A DNA stretch of 63,996 nucleotides, counting the filler, from Asterionella formosa (taxonomy: Eukaryota), in assembly GCA_002256025.1 (NCBI GenBank). It is 18 parts of 18 records of this genome, joined end to end, with 100 filler letters (N's around TTAATTAATTAA, not from the genome) between each part and the next. Parts side by side here need not be neighbours in the genome. Positions count along the whole stretch, not along the records: positions 1 to 20,891 come from NKIB01003202.1; 17 more parts are not named here. One strand, 5' to 3'. Made by a program: the position numbers and the translations under genes. This document shows positions 1 to 12,132 of this stretch, one piece after another. The stretch's first letter is position 1, and the number at the start of each line of letters is the position of its first letter. Below the pieces are notes generated by a model that was not told the DNA's origin, ran no database searches, and saw nothing but the letters and a program-made list of their open reading frames with translations.

Positions 1-773
1 TGTAGCTCTGTTGAGGAGAACCTTATTGTTGATAAAGGTGAGCTACAATATTGTGATTATTTGATTGCGATCATGAGTTCATTGTTCTTGGCATTCACGC
101 ATGTACAACTGTACCTTATCTGGTGGCCAACCCGGTATTGTTCGACGCATGAACAACATGTATCAATTTGGTATTGGAATAAGTATGCTGGAACGAAGTC
201 GTACGTGGAACTACCGGTAGATACTGGTAAATATCAAAAATACCGTGAGTTCTTGCTATAAGTAATACTGCAGCTACCGGTACTGGGTATAATGTGAAAG
301 GTTCGGTACCTGGTTCCTGGTACCAGTACTGTACTTCATTTGTTCGCCCTGTTCTATTAAAGCATAATAAAAACCGTCTTTCTACCTGACGCACCTCCGC
401 CAGAGGTTGTTATACCTCGACATACGTCGTCGTACCGGTACCTGTTACCACTTGCCACTGTGTATAGATATGTTCATATCATACCTGTGGCGAAAGTGTA
501 CCTGGTACCTGGTACGAGGTACCAGGTATCAGATCACGGTACGAACCGTAAGGATTCATGTATCGCATCACTGATGGATGTGACACCATTTCTTCACAGA
601 TCCAACCATCAACCGCACATCATCGTCCATCGGATTTTTCGCTTCTTTACAAATCAACGACAGCAAGTGACGATTACATTCTGAATCACATCACACTCGT
701 ACAGTTGGAGTAAGGCAGTTATTAACAGTACAAATTCATTCATTCACTCAATCAAGTTTCTCCTACATTCGCA

Positions 774-2795
774 ATGATGTATTCCATCGTTGGACAACTG
801 CTCCATGCACTTCTCGGTAGCCTCATCGTACTGCAATGCAAATCAACAACCGCCTTCACGTCCTCATCGATTGCCCTTCATATGGTCATGATTCAACCTT
901 CCCACGCCATGAAGTTGCCTACACTCAAGAGTATTGGACGACTTGGTACTGGTAAGGAATTGCACATGAGCACGGCTGCTACGGTTTCGGCTGATGGAGA
1001 AAAGGAGGTCAATGGTTTCTTTGGCAAGGTACGTTGGAAAACAGAAGGCTTTTACCTCGAAAAACGCCATCATCTCACGCTCATCAATTATTGTTGAATC
1101 AAACTCTGCGTCTTCATAATTCATATAAATTGAAGTTCAAAGCTGCGATCCCGCCAGCGCAAGAACGAAAGAAGCTCATTCCACTGGCAATCATGTTCTT
1201 CTGCATTCTCTTCAACTACACAGTGCTAAGGGATACCAAAGATGTGCTGATGGTAACGGCACCAAAGTCAGGGGCTGAGGTGATTCCTTTCATCAAAACT
1301 TATTGTAACCTTCCTTCTGCGATTGGATTCACCGCAATCTATGCTACCTTATGTGACAAACTTGAACAGAAGAATGTATTTTATGCATGCGTCGTGCCCT
1401 TTCTATTGTTCTTTGCATCATTCGCCTTGATAATCTATCCAAATAATGGTGTTCTGCATCCTCATGTGTTTGTTGATTCGCTGCAAGCCTTGCTTCCAGC
1501 GGGATTTGGAGCACCGTTGGCGATTGTGAGAAATTGGTCCTTCGCCGTCTTTTACGTACTGGCGGAAATGTGGGGAAGTGTTGTGACATCCTTGCTGTTT
1601 TGGGGGTTCGCCAATGAAGTTACGACAGTTGACGAAGCGAAAAAATACTGTAAGTCATGTATTCTGGCATTTCAAACTTTGCAACGGAGCACAAGTACCC
1701 CCCCCCCCTGCGTCATCTGTGGTCCCGCTTGCTAACAATAATATATTCCCGTCGTTGTTTCGTAGACCCACTTTTTGGAATGGGTGCAAACGTTGCCTTG
1801 ATCTTTTCGGGTCAATATGTACGCTGGGTCTCGGGCTTACGTGCCAGCTTAGCTCCTGGTGTCGATCCCTGGACAGTCTCGTTGCGCTACCTCATGGGGG
1901 CCGTCGTAGCTTCGGGAGGTGTCTTGATCGCCACGTACGCATGGATGCAAAAGAACGTGGTACCTTACTTGGATTCCACAAAATTAAAGGCAGCAGCCCC
2001 AAAAAAGAAGAAGCCTAAAATGAGTTTGGCTGATTCAGCCAAATTTTTGCTGAAATCGCCTTATATTCGAAATCTGGCCGTCTTGGTTATCGCCTATGGC
2101 ATGTGCATTAATTTGGTCGAAGTGAGTTGGAAAGCCAAGATTAAGGTGGCCTTCCCAAACCCCAACGACTATTCCGCATTCATGGGCAACTTCTCTTCTG
2201 CTATGGGCAGTGTGACATTGCTTATGATGTTGGTGGGCCGGTCGATCTTTCAACGATTTGGGTGGAGATCCGCAGCACTTGTCACCCCTACGGTAAGTTT
2301 ATTTCTTGGTGATATTTTATTGCTGATTCAACAGTTTTTAAATCAATCTCACAACCGTTTGCGCATTAGATGATTGGAGCAACTGGATTAGGATTTTTTG
2401 CCTTAAACATGTTCTCCGGGTCTCTCGGTCCAGTCGCTAAGGTTCTCGGAACCACTCCACTTATGCTTGCCGTCTTGGTAGGAGCCGCACAAAATATTCT
2501 TTCCAAATCATCAAAATATTCTCTTTTTGACCCGTGCAAAGAAATGGCCTATATTCCTTTGGACCAGGAATCCAAAACTAAGGGCAAGGCTGCTATTGAT
2601 GTTGTCTGCAACCCATTGGGGAAGTCAGGCGGAGCAGTCATTCAACAGATTCTGATCTTCGCTGTCGGAAGTTTGGCCGCAGCAACACCGTACCTGGCGG
2701 TCATTTTGAGCGGACTGGTCTTCATGTGGTTTCGGTCGGCAAATTCACTAGCGACGCAATTCGAGGCCGCCATGGAAGGGGACGAATCAAGTTAA
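774..2795 (+). CDS. NTT: Plastid nucleotide transporter (TLC/NTT ATP:ADP antiporter family), 4 exons
   Basis: Exons 774-1028, 1136-1649, 1766-2292, 2370-2795 join in frame across GT-AG introns. NTT motifs FNYTVLRDTKD, LAEMWGSVVTSLLFWGFANE and SKYSLFDPCKEMAYIPLD..K.KGKAAIDV. Signal peptide followed by TAF (diatom bipartite plastid presequence). Confidence 0.95.
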
Positions 2796-3034
2796 TGGAG
2801 TCCAGGAATGCCAGTGTTAACGGGTAAACAGCTTGCCAAAATAATTGCATCATTATAGACTTTGATAAAGTATGTGACGAAAATTCATTTAACAATGACG
2901 AAGATAGTGTTACATTGACGTTCTTCACATATCGTGGTATCCAGTTGCTGATCGAGCGAACGGCCTATTATCACTACAGCATTAACTTGGTAACCCTCTT
3001 GGAATACCACTTGCGGCGTTCACTATCAACACAA

Positions 3035-4216
3035 TCACGTTTTGCTCGATGGTAGAATCTCCAACTTCCCCGACGGCCAACATCCTATAGCTTGCAATGT
3101 TCTATTATTCGAAGTGACATCGATAGGAGTCGCAGGGTAACGATTCAAATCCATCAAGCTCCACTCGTTGGCAATAAGATTTGTGAGAATACCAGGAGCA
3201 TGTCCGCCAAGCCAATGCAGGACATCTTGCAGAGTGTCGTCTCCATCAAACCGCCGTTTGTAAGTCGTGGAATTGGTTATTTTGACTTGAAGCAACGCCC
3301 CGGTGCCAGCTGCTGGTTCCGACGGCAATTGCTGCATGTAATTACTACGTGCTATGGATTCTTCTGTGGAGGAGTTGGACTCTACAATAATGGCTGCGAA
3401 GTCCTTTTCAAATTTCAACATAGCCTTGTTCTCCTTGTATTCACCTTTCAGTTTCACTTGTTCCAGTGCCGATATTCCCAAGTACAGCACCGCACTATCG
3501 ACATGTTCTCGCGGCAACCTTAATACTGCACCTTCATTTTGAAACCCCATTGATTTCAGCAATGCAGTGCTTCCAGGGGCACCAGCAACGCTGCGTTGGT
3601 AACCAGGATTATTCGTGTCGATTCTCCGGTACTTCTCCACGTTGGGATTGGCTTGTATTGTCACAAGTGTCTTATAAAGAGTATCGACCGCCATAGAGTT
3701 TGATTTGAGCCGATCTGCCGAGCGCAAAATTTGCTCTTCCTTGCTTTTGCGGTCGAGCGGGAGTGGGATAGTCACGTTCGGATGATGCGTCGCTAAAGTG
3801 TCAGAGTTGGAATGCTGTGGGAAAGGACCGACCCGTTGCTGCGCGGCGGCCGCGGCTCGCTGAGCCGCTGCAGTGCGAGTGATGCGCTGGACGCCGATCG
3901 CGTGAGCTTCTCGGGGCCTACCAGCTGTTGAATGGTGAAGGCTCAGGTGCTGGGCTTGTTGATAAAGGCGTTGTTCTTCCGACTGAAGAGATTCCACGAG
4001 TGCTGCTTGGAGGGCCTGGTCTGTACTCGCGTTGGCATTCGCTCCAGAAAGCAACAATTCTGTGGCCGCCTCGACATTGTCATTGCATTGAGACAAGGCA
4101 TGTCTAGCGGCATCGGTCGAGAATCCCATTTGCTCCAGTTGCCTGACGTTGTCGTCTCGCCCACTCGCCGAGGAATTCGCAGCCGAAGTCAAGCGGCTTG
4201 TCAGTCTCCGAAACAT
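3035..4216 (-). CDS. UBA-PUB-UBX domain protein (likely p97/CDC48 cofactor)
   Basis: ATG at 4216. UBA-like QLEQMGFSTDAARHALSQCNDNVEAATELLL, PUB-like NPNVEKYRRIDTNN...LLKSMGF, UBX-like KRRFDGDDTLQDVLHWL...TLQAIGCWPSGKL. Intronless. Confidence 0.82.
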   Translation of the reverse strand: MFRRLTSRLTSAANSSASGRDDNVRQLEQMGFSTDAARHALSQCNDNVEAATELLLSGANANASTDQALQAALVESLQSEEQRLYQQAQHLSLHHSTAGRPREAHAIGVQRITRTAAAQRAAAAAQQRVGPFPQHSNSDTLATHHPNVTIPLPLDRKSKEEQILRSADRLKSNSMAVDTLYKTLVTIQANPNVEKYRRIDTNNPGYQRSVAGAPGSTALLKSMGFQNEGAVLRLPREHVDSAVLYLGISALEQVKLKGEYKENKAMLKFEKDFAAIIVESNSSTEESIARSNYMQQLPSEPAAGTGALLQVKITNSTTYKRRFDGDDTLQDVLHWLGGHAPGILTNLIANEWSLMDLNRYPATPIDVTSNNRTLQAIGCWPSGKLEILPSSKT

Positions 4217-5074
4217 GATAGTAGAACCAATGAGACCTTGTAAAGGTTGATTTGTATGGAAGCGATAAGAAAGGCTGAGATGGTGTATAGGTAAGGTGCA
4301 CCGAGCAACCAGTTGCAACACTGCAACAACAAGCCACACCAACGAGAATATTGGACTTATCTCACTAAAATTATGTGCAGATCGATGTACCGGGTATACG
4401 ATGTCGTTTTGTGGCTCCTATATGCCAGGTAATACTGGTACACATGTATAGCGATCATAAACTGTGTCCACCATATTTGGCCTGTACTAGTCTGGTATAC
4501 CTGAATACATGGCGACTGGCTATGTACGGTACCTGGTACCCTGGTAGTTACCACGGGCGATGTAGCTATCGTACGAATTGAAGAGCAAAAACCCTATGTA
4601 TGTAGCCACCACCAAGCGAAAGCAGGAGAACTGTCGGTCGATGCCCGTCGTTGACGAGCGAAAGAAATCACTTGTTCGAAGAGGTTCGTTGAAAAGCTTC
4701 GAAAAGCAACCGCCCGGCAAGGACAGACTGCTTGACTCCAGACACGTACAAATACAAACCACAAGCAGCTGTGCATGAGCGATCACGCTAGTGAGGAATA
4801 TGTGTCAAACTATCCCTATCCCCAAAAATTGAAATGAGTTACGTCAGCTTGTCTGTGTTGAGAACCGCACATATGTACAGGCATCATCGAATGATGATCA
4901 TCGTCAAGCAAGGCTGTGTCAAGGCTGATGCGCCATGTGATCTCGCCCTTGTATTGTAGGATTACGGTTTACGGTACCAGGGGTACCTGGTATTATCCGT
5001 CGACATCATCATCGTCTGGTTTCAATGCCGATGTGTTCATCGCACCAAGGACGAGAATAGTAAGCCTCATAACA

Positions 5075-6334
5075 ATGGCAAAAACTACCGCGATGAGCAA
5101 GTCATCTATCCTCCTGTCTCTCCTCTTCTTGCTCGCAATCAGCGCTGATGCTTTGGTACTGCCAAATCGTGCTGTCGCAAGAGCGTCTTGTGCACCACGA
5201 GGCAAGCCTCGTTTCATGAATGATGCATTGGTGGGGGCTGCTCCCGATGATGTCAAATCGAGCAAGAAAATGCAGCTCGCGTCCCAAATTCGCAAGGAAG
5301 GCGGTTTATTTGCATTTAATACCAAATTCGGAGCCTTGAATCCCTACGCACTGTGGTATGGAGTAACTTCAATAGTTTTGGGCTTGTTTTGGTTCGTCGC
5401 ATTGATAGGGTGCGAGTTGTTGTATAAGGTCACTAATGGCAAAGTGGACAAGTTGAAGCGATTGCCAACGTTTTTTAGTCAAATCTGGGGAGAGACATTG
5501 ATCAAGGTGGCTCGTGTGCAACCGGAAGTGGTGGGAAGGGACGCCCTCAAGACATTTTTCGAAAGGTAGGTGAATGACTGACACATGATTGAATTGCTTT
5601 GCATTTTATTGCATCTGATGGTTCGATGAAATTGTAGCAATCGCGCAGGTATGTTTGTCGCAAATCACAATTCATGGCTGGACATCCCCTTCATTGGACA
5701 CACCATTGGATGGCGGAATTACAAGCTGGTGAGCAAGGCGGAACTGGGCAAGGTGCCTATTCTCGGAAGAGCCATTAAAACGGGGGGACACATTATGGTG
5801 GACCGAACAGATCGACGATCGCAGCTCATGACGTTGAAAAGCGGGATTCAAATGTTGAAGGTACGTCGTGACCTGGGGTTCAATGGAAACGAGGGTTTCA
5901 CGAAGTGACTATTTTACCCTCCAACGCTCACCCGCTTTTTGTGCTCCTTTTAAAAATCAAATGCGGCGAAGGATGGTGTCCACTTGTGCACATTTCCTGA
6001 AGGAACCCGTTCCAAATCCGGCCGTCTTGGGAAGTTTAAGAATGGTGCATTCAAAATGGCTCACAAGGTAGGCGCTCCCGTTGTTCCTATATCCATCGTC
6101 GGAGCCTCCAAAGCGATGCCATATTATTGGATGTTTCCCTTCCGGCCAGCGTCTGGTCTCTGCAAAGTGGTGGTCCATGAACCAATTGAGAGTGTGGATA
6201 AGACGGAAGAAGAGTTGGCCACCGCAGTGCGGGAGGCAATTATTTCGGGATTGCCAGAGGATCAAAAGCCGTTGGACCGTTTGAAGAGTGCAAATGAGAG
6301 CGTTGAGGAGGACAACAACAGTAGCAGCAATTGA
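5075..6334 (+). CDS. 1-acyl-sn-glycerol-3-phosphate acyltransferase (LPAAT/PlsC family), probably plastid-targeted, 3 exons
   Basis: Exons 5075-5565, 5638-5860, 5972-6334 join in frame across GT-AG introns. Acyltransferase motifs ANHNSWLD and FPEGTRS. Hydrophobic signal peptide plus a basic transit-like segment. Start could instead be the ATG at 5093. Confidence 0.92.
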
Positions 6335-6880
6335 AGTACTTTGAGAAGAAGGGTTAATTATTGCTACTCAAAAAATGAAAGTTATTTCTTGAACTAAATG
6401 CTAAATGGAGGCCTTAAATAGAATCATATAAAATACACACTATCAGTCCGAGGTTTGTATAGCATTTGCTCTGATTCTGTGTTACGCTTCTAATCAATAG
6501 CATTTCATTGACTTCGACCTTGTCTTTGATTCCCGTCGTCTTTTTTCGCTTCTGCGAAGTGAACAGTTGTACCGGTAAACTTTAAAACTTGGGATGAGTA
6601 ACGAAAAGCCAGAAGTATCAGCCATTTTGTGAATACAAGCGTGGTTGATCGATGCATAGTCCGACCTCGAGTTTTTAACTACTTGTGACGTATACCGCAC
6701 ATCGTGCTCCAGAGTGCAATGAGCGGCAATTTCAAGCAATATTTTCAATAATAATTCTTTCACGACCGAAATTAGTAATAACAGGAAAAGGATTACACAG
6801 TTATTGGGAACTGCATCAAACCTTACATGGCAGTTTGCATTCAAAGAAATGTAACTTGTGTCTTTCGCCGTGTTTTCGAA

Positions 6881-8002
6881 TCAAAATTCCCCTCGTTTGA
6901 TATGAAAAAGATGATCCCCATTCGAATTCGTGATAAGCTGGCAATGATTGATCCATTCATCTCCTCCTATTTGCGACACTAATTCTGCCTTGGACCAACC
7001 ATCCTTGATAGTAAAGAGATGGCCTAATCGTTCAAGGATCGTCATGTTGGCAACATACATCCACTTATCATTTTGGAGAGAAATGGCAATTCCCTGAAGC
7101 ATGTGTACACCAACCTTGTGGTGGACACCAGGCATATGAAGTTGCCACTCTATCAAGAGGTGGTTTGTGTCCCAAATTCCTTGCTTTCGGAAGACACGAT
7201 GAACCACACATTGAGCCACCTTGGTCACGTCTAATGATATTTTGATATTGGATTGATCGTCGTCCTTTTTCAGCGTGAGGAGAGTGTGTCGAATCACCTC
7301 CGGTAAGTACTCGTATTTTTCTTCTGTTCGGGTCACAGCTTGTCGGACAAAATCTTCTACTTCAATATCCAAAAAATCATGGAACTTCTCCACTTCAGTC
7401 AATGTTGCCACAATGCTAGCTTGAGCTTCCGTCAATCCCTCTTCTGACAACAGCCCATATCGGTTCGTCAAAACGAGAGCATTCAACTGGGCCAACCCAG
7501 CCATCAGTTGTTTCTCGCTTACTTGAAGCGGCAAAGCAAGATCATTAACCGAAAGTCCCTTCCATCTACATATCGGATCAAAAGGATCCAAGACATGCTG
7601 TTTCAACAATGCATGCAAAGCCTCAACATTAAGCGGGTGTTCTTTCAACTCCAAAAAACTAGCACCTGATCCACCTCGTTGTAGAAGTTGGACCTGCTGC
7701 ATGCGCATGGAGTGTTTAACTTTCTTGGTGGGTCGCTCGGCACTAGGCTTGATCATTATGTAGGCGTTGGATGTTTCTACCCTCGAAACGGCATAGCTGA
7801 CCCCCTTCGTTTCATTGATCCAGCATGCTTGTTGTGTGGGAGTGGAAGCGACGAGTCGACTACCTGGTAAATCCATCAAATCAATCTGGTCAGGAAGTTG
7901 AAACAAAACAAGATCGTCATTTTCAGAGGGAACCGCCGTGTCAAGATCCGAACGATAGATGGTAAGTAGAGAATGACATTCGGTGGGAATTACAGTAGAC
8001 AT
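6881..8002 (-). CDS. DCC1: Sister chromatid cohesion protein DCC1 (Ctf18-RFC subunit)
   Basis: 373-aa intronless ORF with DCC1-like LVLFQLP, SYAVSRVETSNAYIM, LQVSEKQLMAGL and C-terminal ERLGHLFTIKDGWSKAEL. Confidence 0.78.
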   Translation of the reverse strand: MSTVIPTECHSLLTIYRSDLDTAVPSENDDLVLFQLPDQIDLMDLPGSRLVASTPTQQACWINETKGVSYAVSRVETSNAYIMIKPSAERPTKKVKHSMRMQQVQLLQRGGSGASFLELKEHPLNVEALHALLKQHVLDPFDPICRWKGLSVNDLALPLQVSEKQLMAGLAQLNALVLTNRYGLLSEEGLTEAQASIVATLTEVEKFHDFLDIEVEDFVRQAVTRTEEKYEYLPEVIRHTLLTLKKDDDQSNIKISLDVTKVAQCVVHRVFRKQGIWDTNHLLIEWQLHMPGVHHKVGVHMLQGIAISLQNDKWMYVANMTILERLGHLFTIKDGWSKAELVSQIGGDEWINHCQLITNSNGDHLFHIKRGEF

Positions 8003-9913
8003 TGGAGAGTGCTTCGGCTTGCTTTAGAGAACGGTTTTGCTGCTTTCTCAATTAAGGCCTTGTCGCGTTGGCCGATGAATAATACCGTTAGCCAGCAGTC
8101 ACCGAGGAGGAGGAGCGCTTTGGTTTTATCTTGTGCAAATTTGCTGTTGTTTCCTCTTACATAGCATCATGTGATCTTGTGTTCATTCGTAACGCAATTT
8201 TTAAAGGCCGTATGGGCTCGTAGTAAATCCGGGGGTTCACCCAGCTAACTAAAAAATTCGACGTCAGTAGAATCACAATTTATCGTTTCTGGACGCCTGC
8301 GCTCGAAATCGTTCAACGAAGATGGTGAAACTTACTTGGCAAAAACAGAAGTGGCTGGGAGAGATGTAAAATACTCACCTGGAGATATTATAGAAGCCAG
8401 CTGTCTAGTTCTTACATCACCATCAGTGACAGGCAAAACTTACCACACATTGGCTCAGAAGGTTGGTCTTCCAAGGCATTTTGACTCTTGTTTTTTTGTA
8501 TTTGTTCTCAGACACTCTTGATTATCGCATACTACTGCATGTAGAGCAAAACAACTATGCTGGCTAACGAAATTCAAGTAAATTCAAAAGCCCTAAACGA
8601 TGCACATGTATCACTATTAGCGTTATACTCACCCAAGTATACTAACCTAACCAATGTACTACTACCCTCCTTAGCCTGCATCGTCTGGCATAGAAAATGT
8701 ATATTGCTTCTACCAAGTGCTTTTTTGAAGGATGTGGATCGAGCCAGGTTAGTCACTGAGCATATTGAAACTAAACTGGAACAGAGGGAGAACTCCATTG
8801 TTGTTGTTACCAACAAGACTGGCAAGTTGCATGTAAGTGCAATAGGAATGGTTTATTGACAATTTTCGAGGAGATATTCAGCCAGTTCATTAATCTCATC
8901 ATGGTCAAGTCGAAGTTGCTGTCTCATCATCCCCCTGCCTACTACAGCAGTACAAAACCAAATGCCGGTGTGCATAACCATATGCCACACCCGCAATGTA
9001 GCTATGTAGGAAATTTACACACTGGTGCTGATACTATCTGGTGGGCATATGTGCAACAAATTAAACCTGGTACTCGTAATAGAAATGCATATACAGGTTG
9101 TCCCAATTGTTCTATGTCTGTATTTGTGTCTATATTTAACTTCAAAGTGACATGCCCAAGATTCAATAGAAACATTATCCACAACAATGAGTATCTACAT
9201 GATAGTCAGTACAAAATTATACATTGAGGTAATTTCTTGTGTTTTGAGATGTTGCGCCCTCTCCGCGATTTCTCTTGGTCAAGTTTCTCATCTAATTGTA
9301 CAGAAGATAGAAATAATTATCTATCAGAAGCTATCAAGCTAGCTAGTGAAATTCCGCAGTGTTGGAGCAAGCTGATCAAGTGGTGGGCATGGTTCTACCA
9401 CCATGTACATGCGTTCACAACTGCAGATACCCCATCTGGGACTTGGCATGTCCACCACCTCGCAAGTTGGCCCTGTCATGCCACCATTTGATTCCGATTG
9501 CTATCTATTGATGATTGACAGTTGTTGCTCCAAGTGGCTGCATGACAAATTGTTGTATGGATTTCGTTGGAGAACCTACCTACTCCCATTCATGCTAAAA
9601 TAAGTGGAGTGGGGGGTCCTATAGCGGTATTGCTGAAAGGGATGGTCATGAGTATAGAGGAAGATTTCGGTCGGACTCACAGTTTTCGTATTCCAGGAAT
9701 ACAGGAAAATGCTACTTTGGTAGAATTTAACCAATAATGTACAGGAAGACTATGATGTGCAGCCAACCATCAGGAACTCCCGACAAAAGATACCTACCGG
9801 TATGAATACGTATTCATTACCGGTACCAGTACTAGGTAGCTGCTCCGAACTGGAATACCGGTACTGGTTCCGGTAGGTGATCTCATCATTACGGTACCAG
9901 GTACCAACCAGGG

Positions 9914-9965
9914 TACCAGCAAGTTGCGGTAATTTTAATCCCAGAATGACCGCAACTTGCAGGTA
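9914..9965. mobile_element. Minimal TA-flanked inverted-repeat element (MITE-like)
   Basis: TA + CCAGCAAGTTGCGGTAATT (9916-9934), a 10-nt spacer, then AATGACCGCAACTTGCAGG (9945-9963) + TA. Arms are 17/19 complementary. Related sequences occur at 19471, 20665, 28474-28585, 46195-46230 and 63072. Confidence 0.6.
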
Positions 9966-10194
9966 CCTGGTACATCTTTTGTGCTCCGAGTAGACCACCA
10001 CCGGGATAGGAATGCTGGTACTGGTACCAGGTACCCGGTACCAGGTACCAGGGTAAACTATTTCATAGACTACTGCCGGTATGGGTAATAATAAACACAT
10101 ACTGGTTTGGCGTACATGTCCAATATTGCAATGATGATGAGGAAATCGAAATATAGATACCGGTACCGTTTATGAATGACAGCTTCCATTGACA

Positions 10195-12132
10195 ATGACG
10201 CTACGAACAACACGAAGCACCGTAACTTCCGGCAAAGCACAACCTTCAAAGCCTAAATTGAAAGCCAAATATTTACTTGGTGGACTGATGTCGATTTTTT
10301 TAATGCTTTTTAGCTTCGTTCAGATCGCGTTTCATAGGCAAGCAAGGAACAGTAGCGGCAAACAACAAGGAGTCCGACACACCAGAGCAGGAGACCATGC
10401 CAATCATGATCCGGCCGTATTGGATAACACCGGGGTTCAGAAAAGCATAAAGACTGGAAAGAAATCGAAGTTGACAGAAGTTGACCAGACCACAAGTCGT
10501 ATTGAAAGACAAATTCAGGAAAGCTTCGGGGCGACCAATGTCAAGGCGTGCAAATCGTTCGAGAGATCAATAGAAATTTTTGATGAAGCCTGTAAGCAAA
10601 CATCCAACTTGGTGGTATATAACCCTATCGCACAAGTACGGTATCTTTGCGGAAAAGAAATACGAACTGAAAAACCCGAGCGTCTTTCCCATCCTTGCAT
10701 GGAAGGCAGTCGAGTTTTTCCAAAAGATCCGCCGTTACACCCAAGCCCTGATTTTGAGCCACGCATGGGAGTGATTGCGGGTATAAAGGAGGGTAACCCA
10801 CAAAAGTTTGACTGCAATATTCCTTGTGACCAATGGGGAAACAATTTAGGAAGCATTTCAATTGATAACTCCAACTGGCGCTTCACCTACTCAATGGAAG
10901 GTTCAGGATATTACCCGGACCTAAGGGTCGACGAGGAGGCTTGGAAGTACAATCAATTTTACGCGACAACCTCTTTCAAGAGTGACGTACCTTTACCGTA
11001 CTTTTCATGGGCTGAATACTCGATTCAGAAGCCTGGAGTCGATTTTAAAAAGGTTATCAAGGGAGCATCGTTCATTGCTCGAAACTGTGGATCCACGAAT
11101 GATCGAGAAACTCTAGTTCGAAATCTCACCCGGATATTTAGGGTTGATTCGCTGTCGTCGTGCCTTCACAATGCTGATCCTCCCAATGGAAGTAGCATGA
11201 GCAATAAGATTGATGTACAAAGAAATTACCTCTTCCATTTGGCTTTTGAGAATACTTGCGAAAACGACTACATCACCGAGAAATTATGGGGAACTTTAGA
11301 AAGTGGTACAGTGCCAGTATACTACGGAGCACCCAACGTTAAAGATCATGCGCCGGAAAACTCGATCATTTCGTGGCATGATTTCAACGACACGATCAAA
11401 CTAGGAGAGTATCTAATTAAGGTGGCAAGCAATCAGCAGCTATACGAGTCATATCATGCTTGGCGATACAAGCCTTTGGCTGACGTTTTTGTTAACAAGT
11501 ACAATTTTACTCATACGCACTCGATTTGCCGCCTTTGTCGTTGGGGCTATGCTCGACGTTACGGATTTGGATGGAATACGACCACTCAGAATGTGCAAGA
11601 TACTCGAATCTCACGGAAAGTGTATACAGATTCTCAGGGATTGTTGATACACCCCATTAATGAGAGATGGATGCAAGGTGGAAACACAATTATGGAGACT
11701 AAGGGCGAAAATGTCGCTTCCGGAAAAATTGAAACTCTTCTTCAGATCGGAAACGGTTCTAGATCACTATGGATCCATGATGGTGTTTTAGACATGATAG
11801 TGGATGAATGGCCTGGAGAGGGTTTTGAGATGGAAGTATGTACCCCGATCAAAACGTATCTCCAAGAGAAGGCGCCAAATCATTTTGTGTTCCAAAACAA
11901 TTACTCTCGGTACACCATCGTGACTCGTCAGACAGTTCCAGCACAATCTGTCAACCCTGGAGTGATTAGCTTCAGTAATTTTCAGGCTGGATTCGCGCTA
12001 CGAGTCATCGTTGAAGACTTGGACACATTTCATCAAGGGGCGACTGAGCAGATTAGTTATTTTGCTGAAAATATGATTTCCGATTTCATGAATCCACTCC
12101 AGTTTTTCCTAGTTTCAGACCCCTCGAAGTGA
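10195..12132 (+). CDS. Alpha-1,3-fucosyltransferase (GT10), type II membrane protein
   Basis: N-terminal TM helix (YLLGGLMSIFLMLFSFVQIAF). GT10 motifs ASFIARNC and YLFHLAFENTCENDYITEKLWGTLESGTVPVYYGAPNV. Intronless. Confidence 0.92.
   Translation: MTLRTTRSTVTSGKAQPSKPKLKAKYLLGGLMSIFLMLFSFVQIAFHRQARNSSGKQQGVRHTRAGDHANHDPAVLDNTGVQKSIKTGKKSKLTEVDQTTSRIERQIQESFGATNVKACKSFERSIEIFDEACKQTSNLVVYNPIAQVRYLCGKEIRTEKPERLSHPCMEGSRVFPKDPPLHPSPDFEPRMGVIAGIKEGNPQKFDCNIPCDQWGNNLGSISIDNSNWRFTYSMEGSGYYPDLRVDEEAWKYNQFYATTSFKSDVPLPYFSWAEYSIQKPGVDFKKVIKGASFIARNCGSTNDRETLVRNLTRIFRVDSLSSCLHNADPPNGSSMSNKIDVQRNYLFHLAFENTCENDYITEKLWGTLESGTVPVYYGAPNVKDHAPENSIISWHDFNDTIKLGEYLIKVASNQQLYESYHAWRYKPLADVFVNKYNFTHTHSICRLCRWGYARRYGFGWNTTTQNVQDTRISRKVYTDSQGLLIHPINERWMQGGNTIMETKGENVASGKIETLLQIGNGSRSLWIHDGVLDMIVDEWPGEGFEMEVCTPIKTYLQEKAPNHFVFQNNYSRYTIVTRQTVPAQSVNPGVISFSNFQAGFALRVIVEDLDTFHQGATEQISYFAENMISDFMNPLQFFLVSDPSK

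Noticed and set aside
8336..9603. Run of short plus-strand ORFs with Cys/His motifs (GCPNC, CCSKWLHD) suggesting a decayed gene or PHD finger
   Set aside because: Too fragmented to assign a family, and no consistent splice model could be built.
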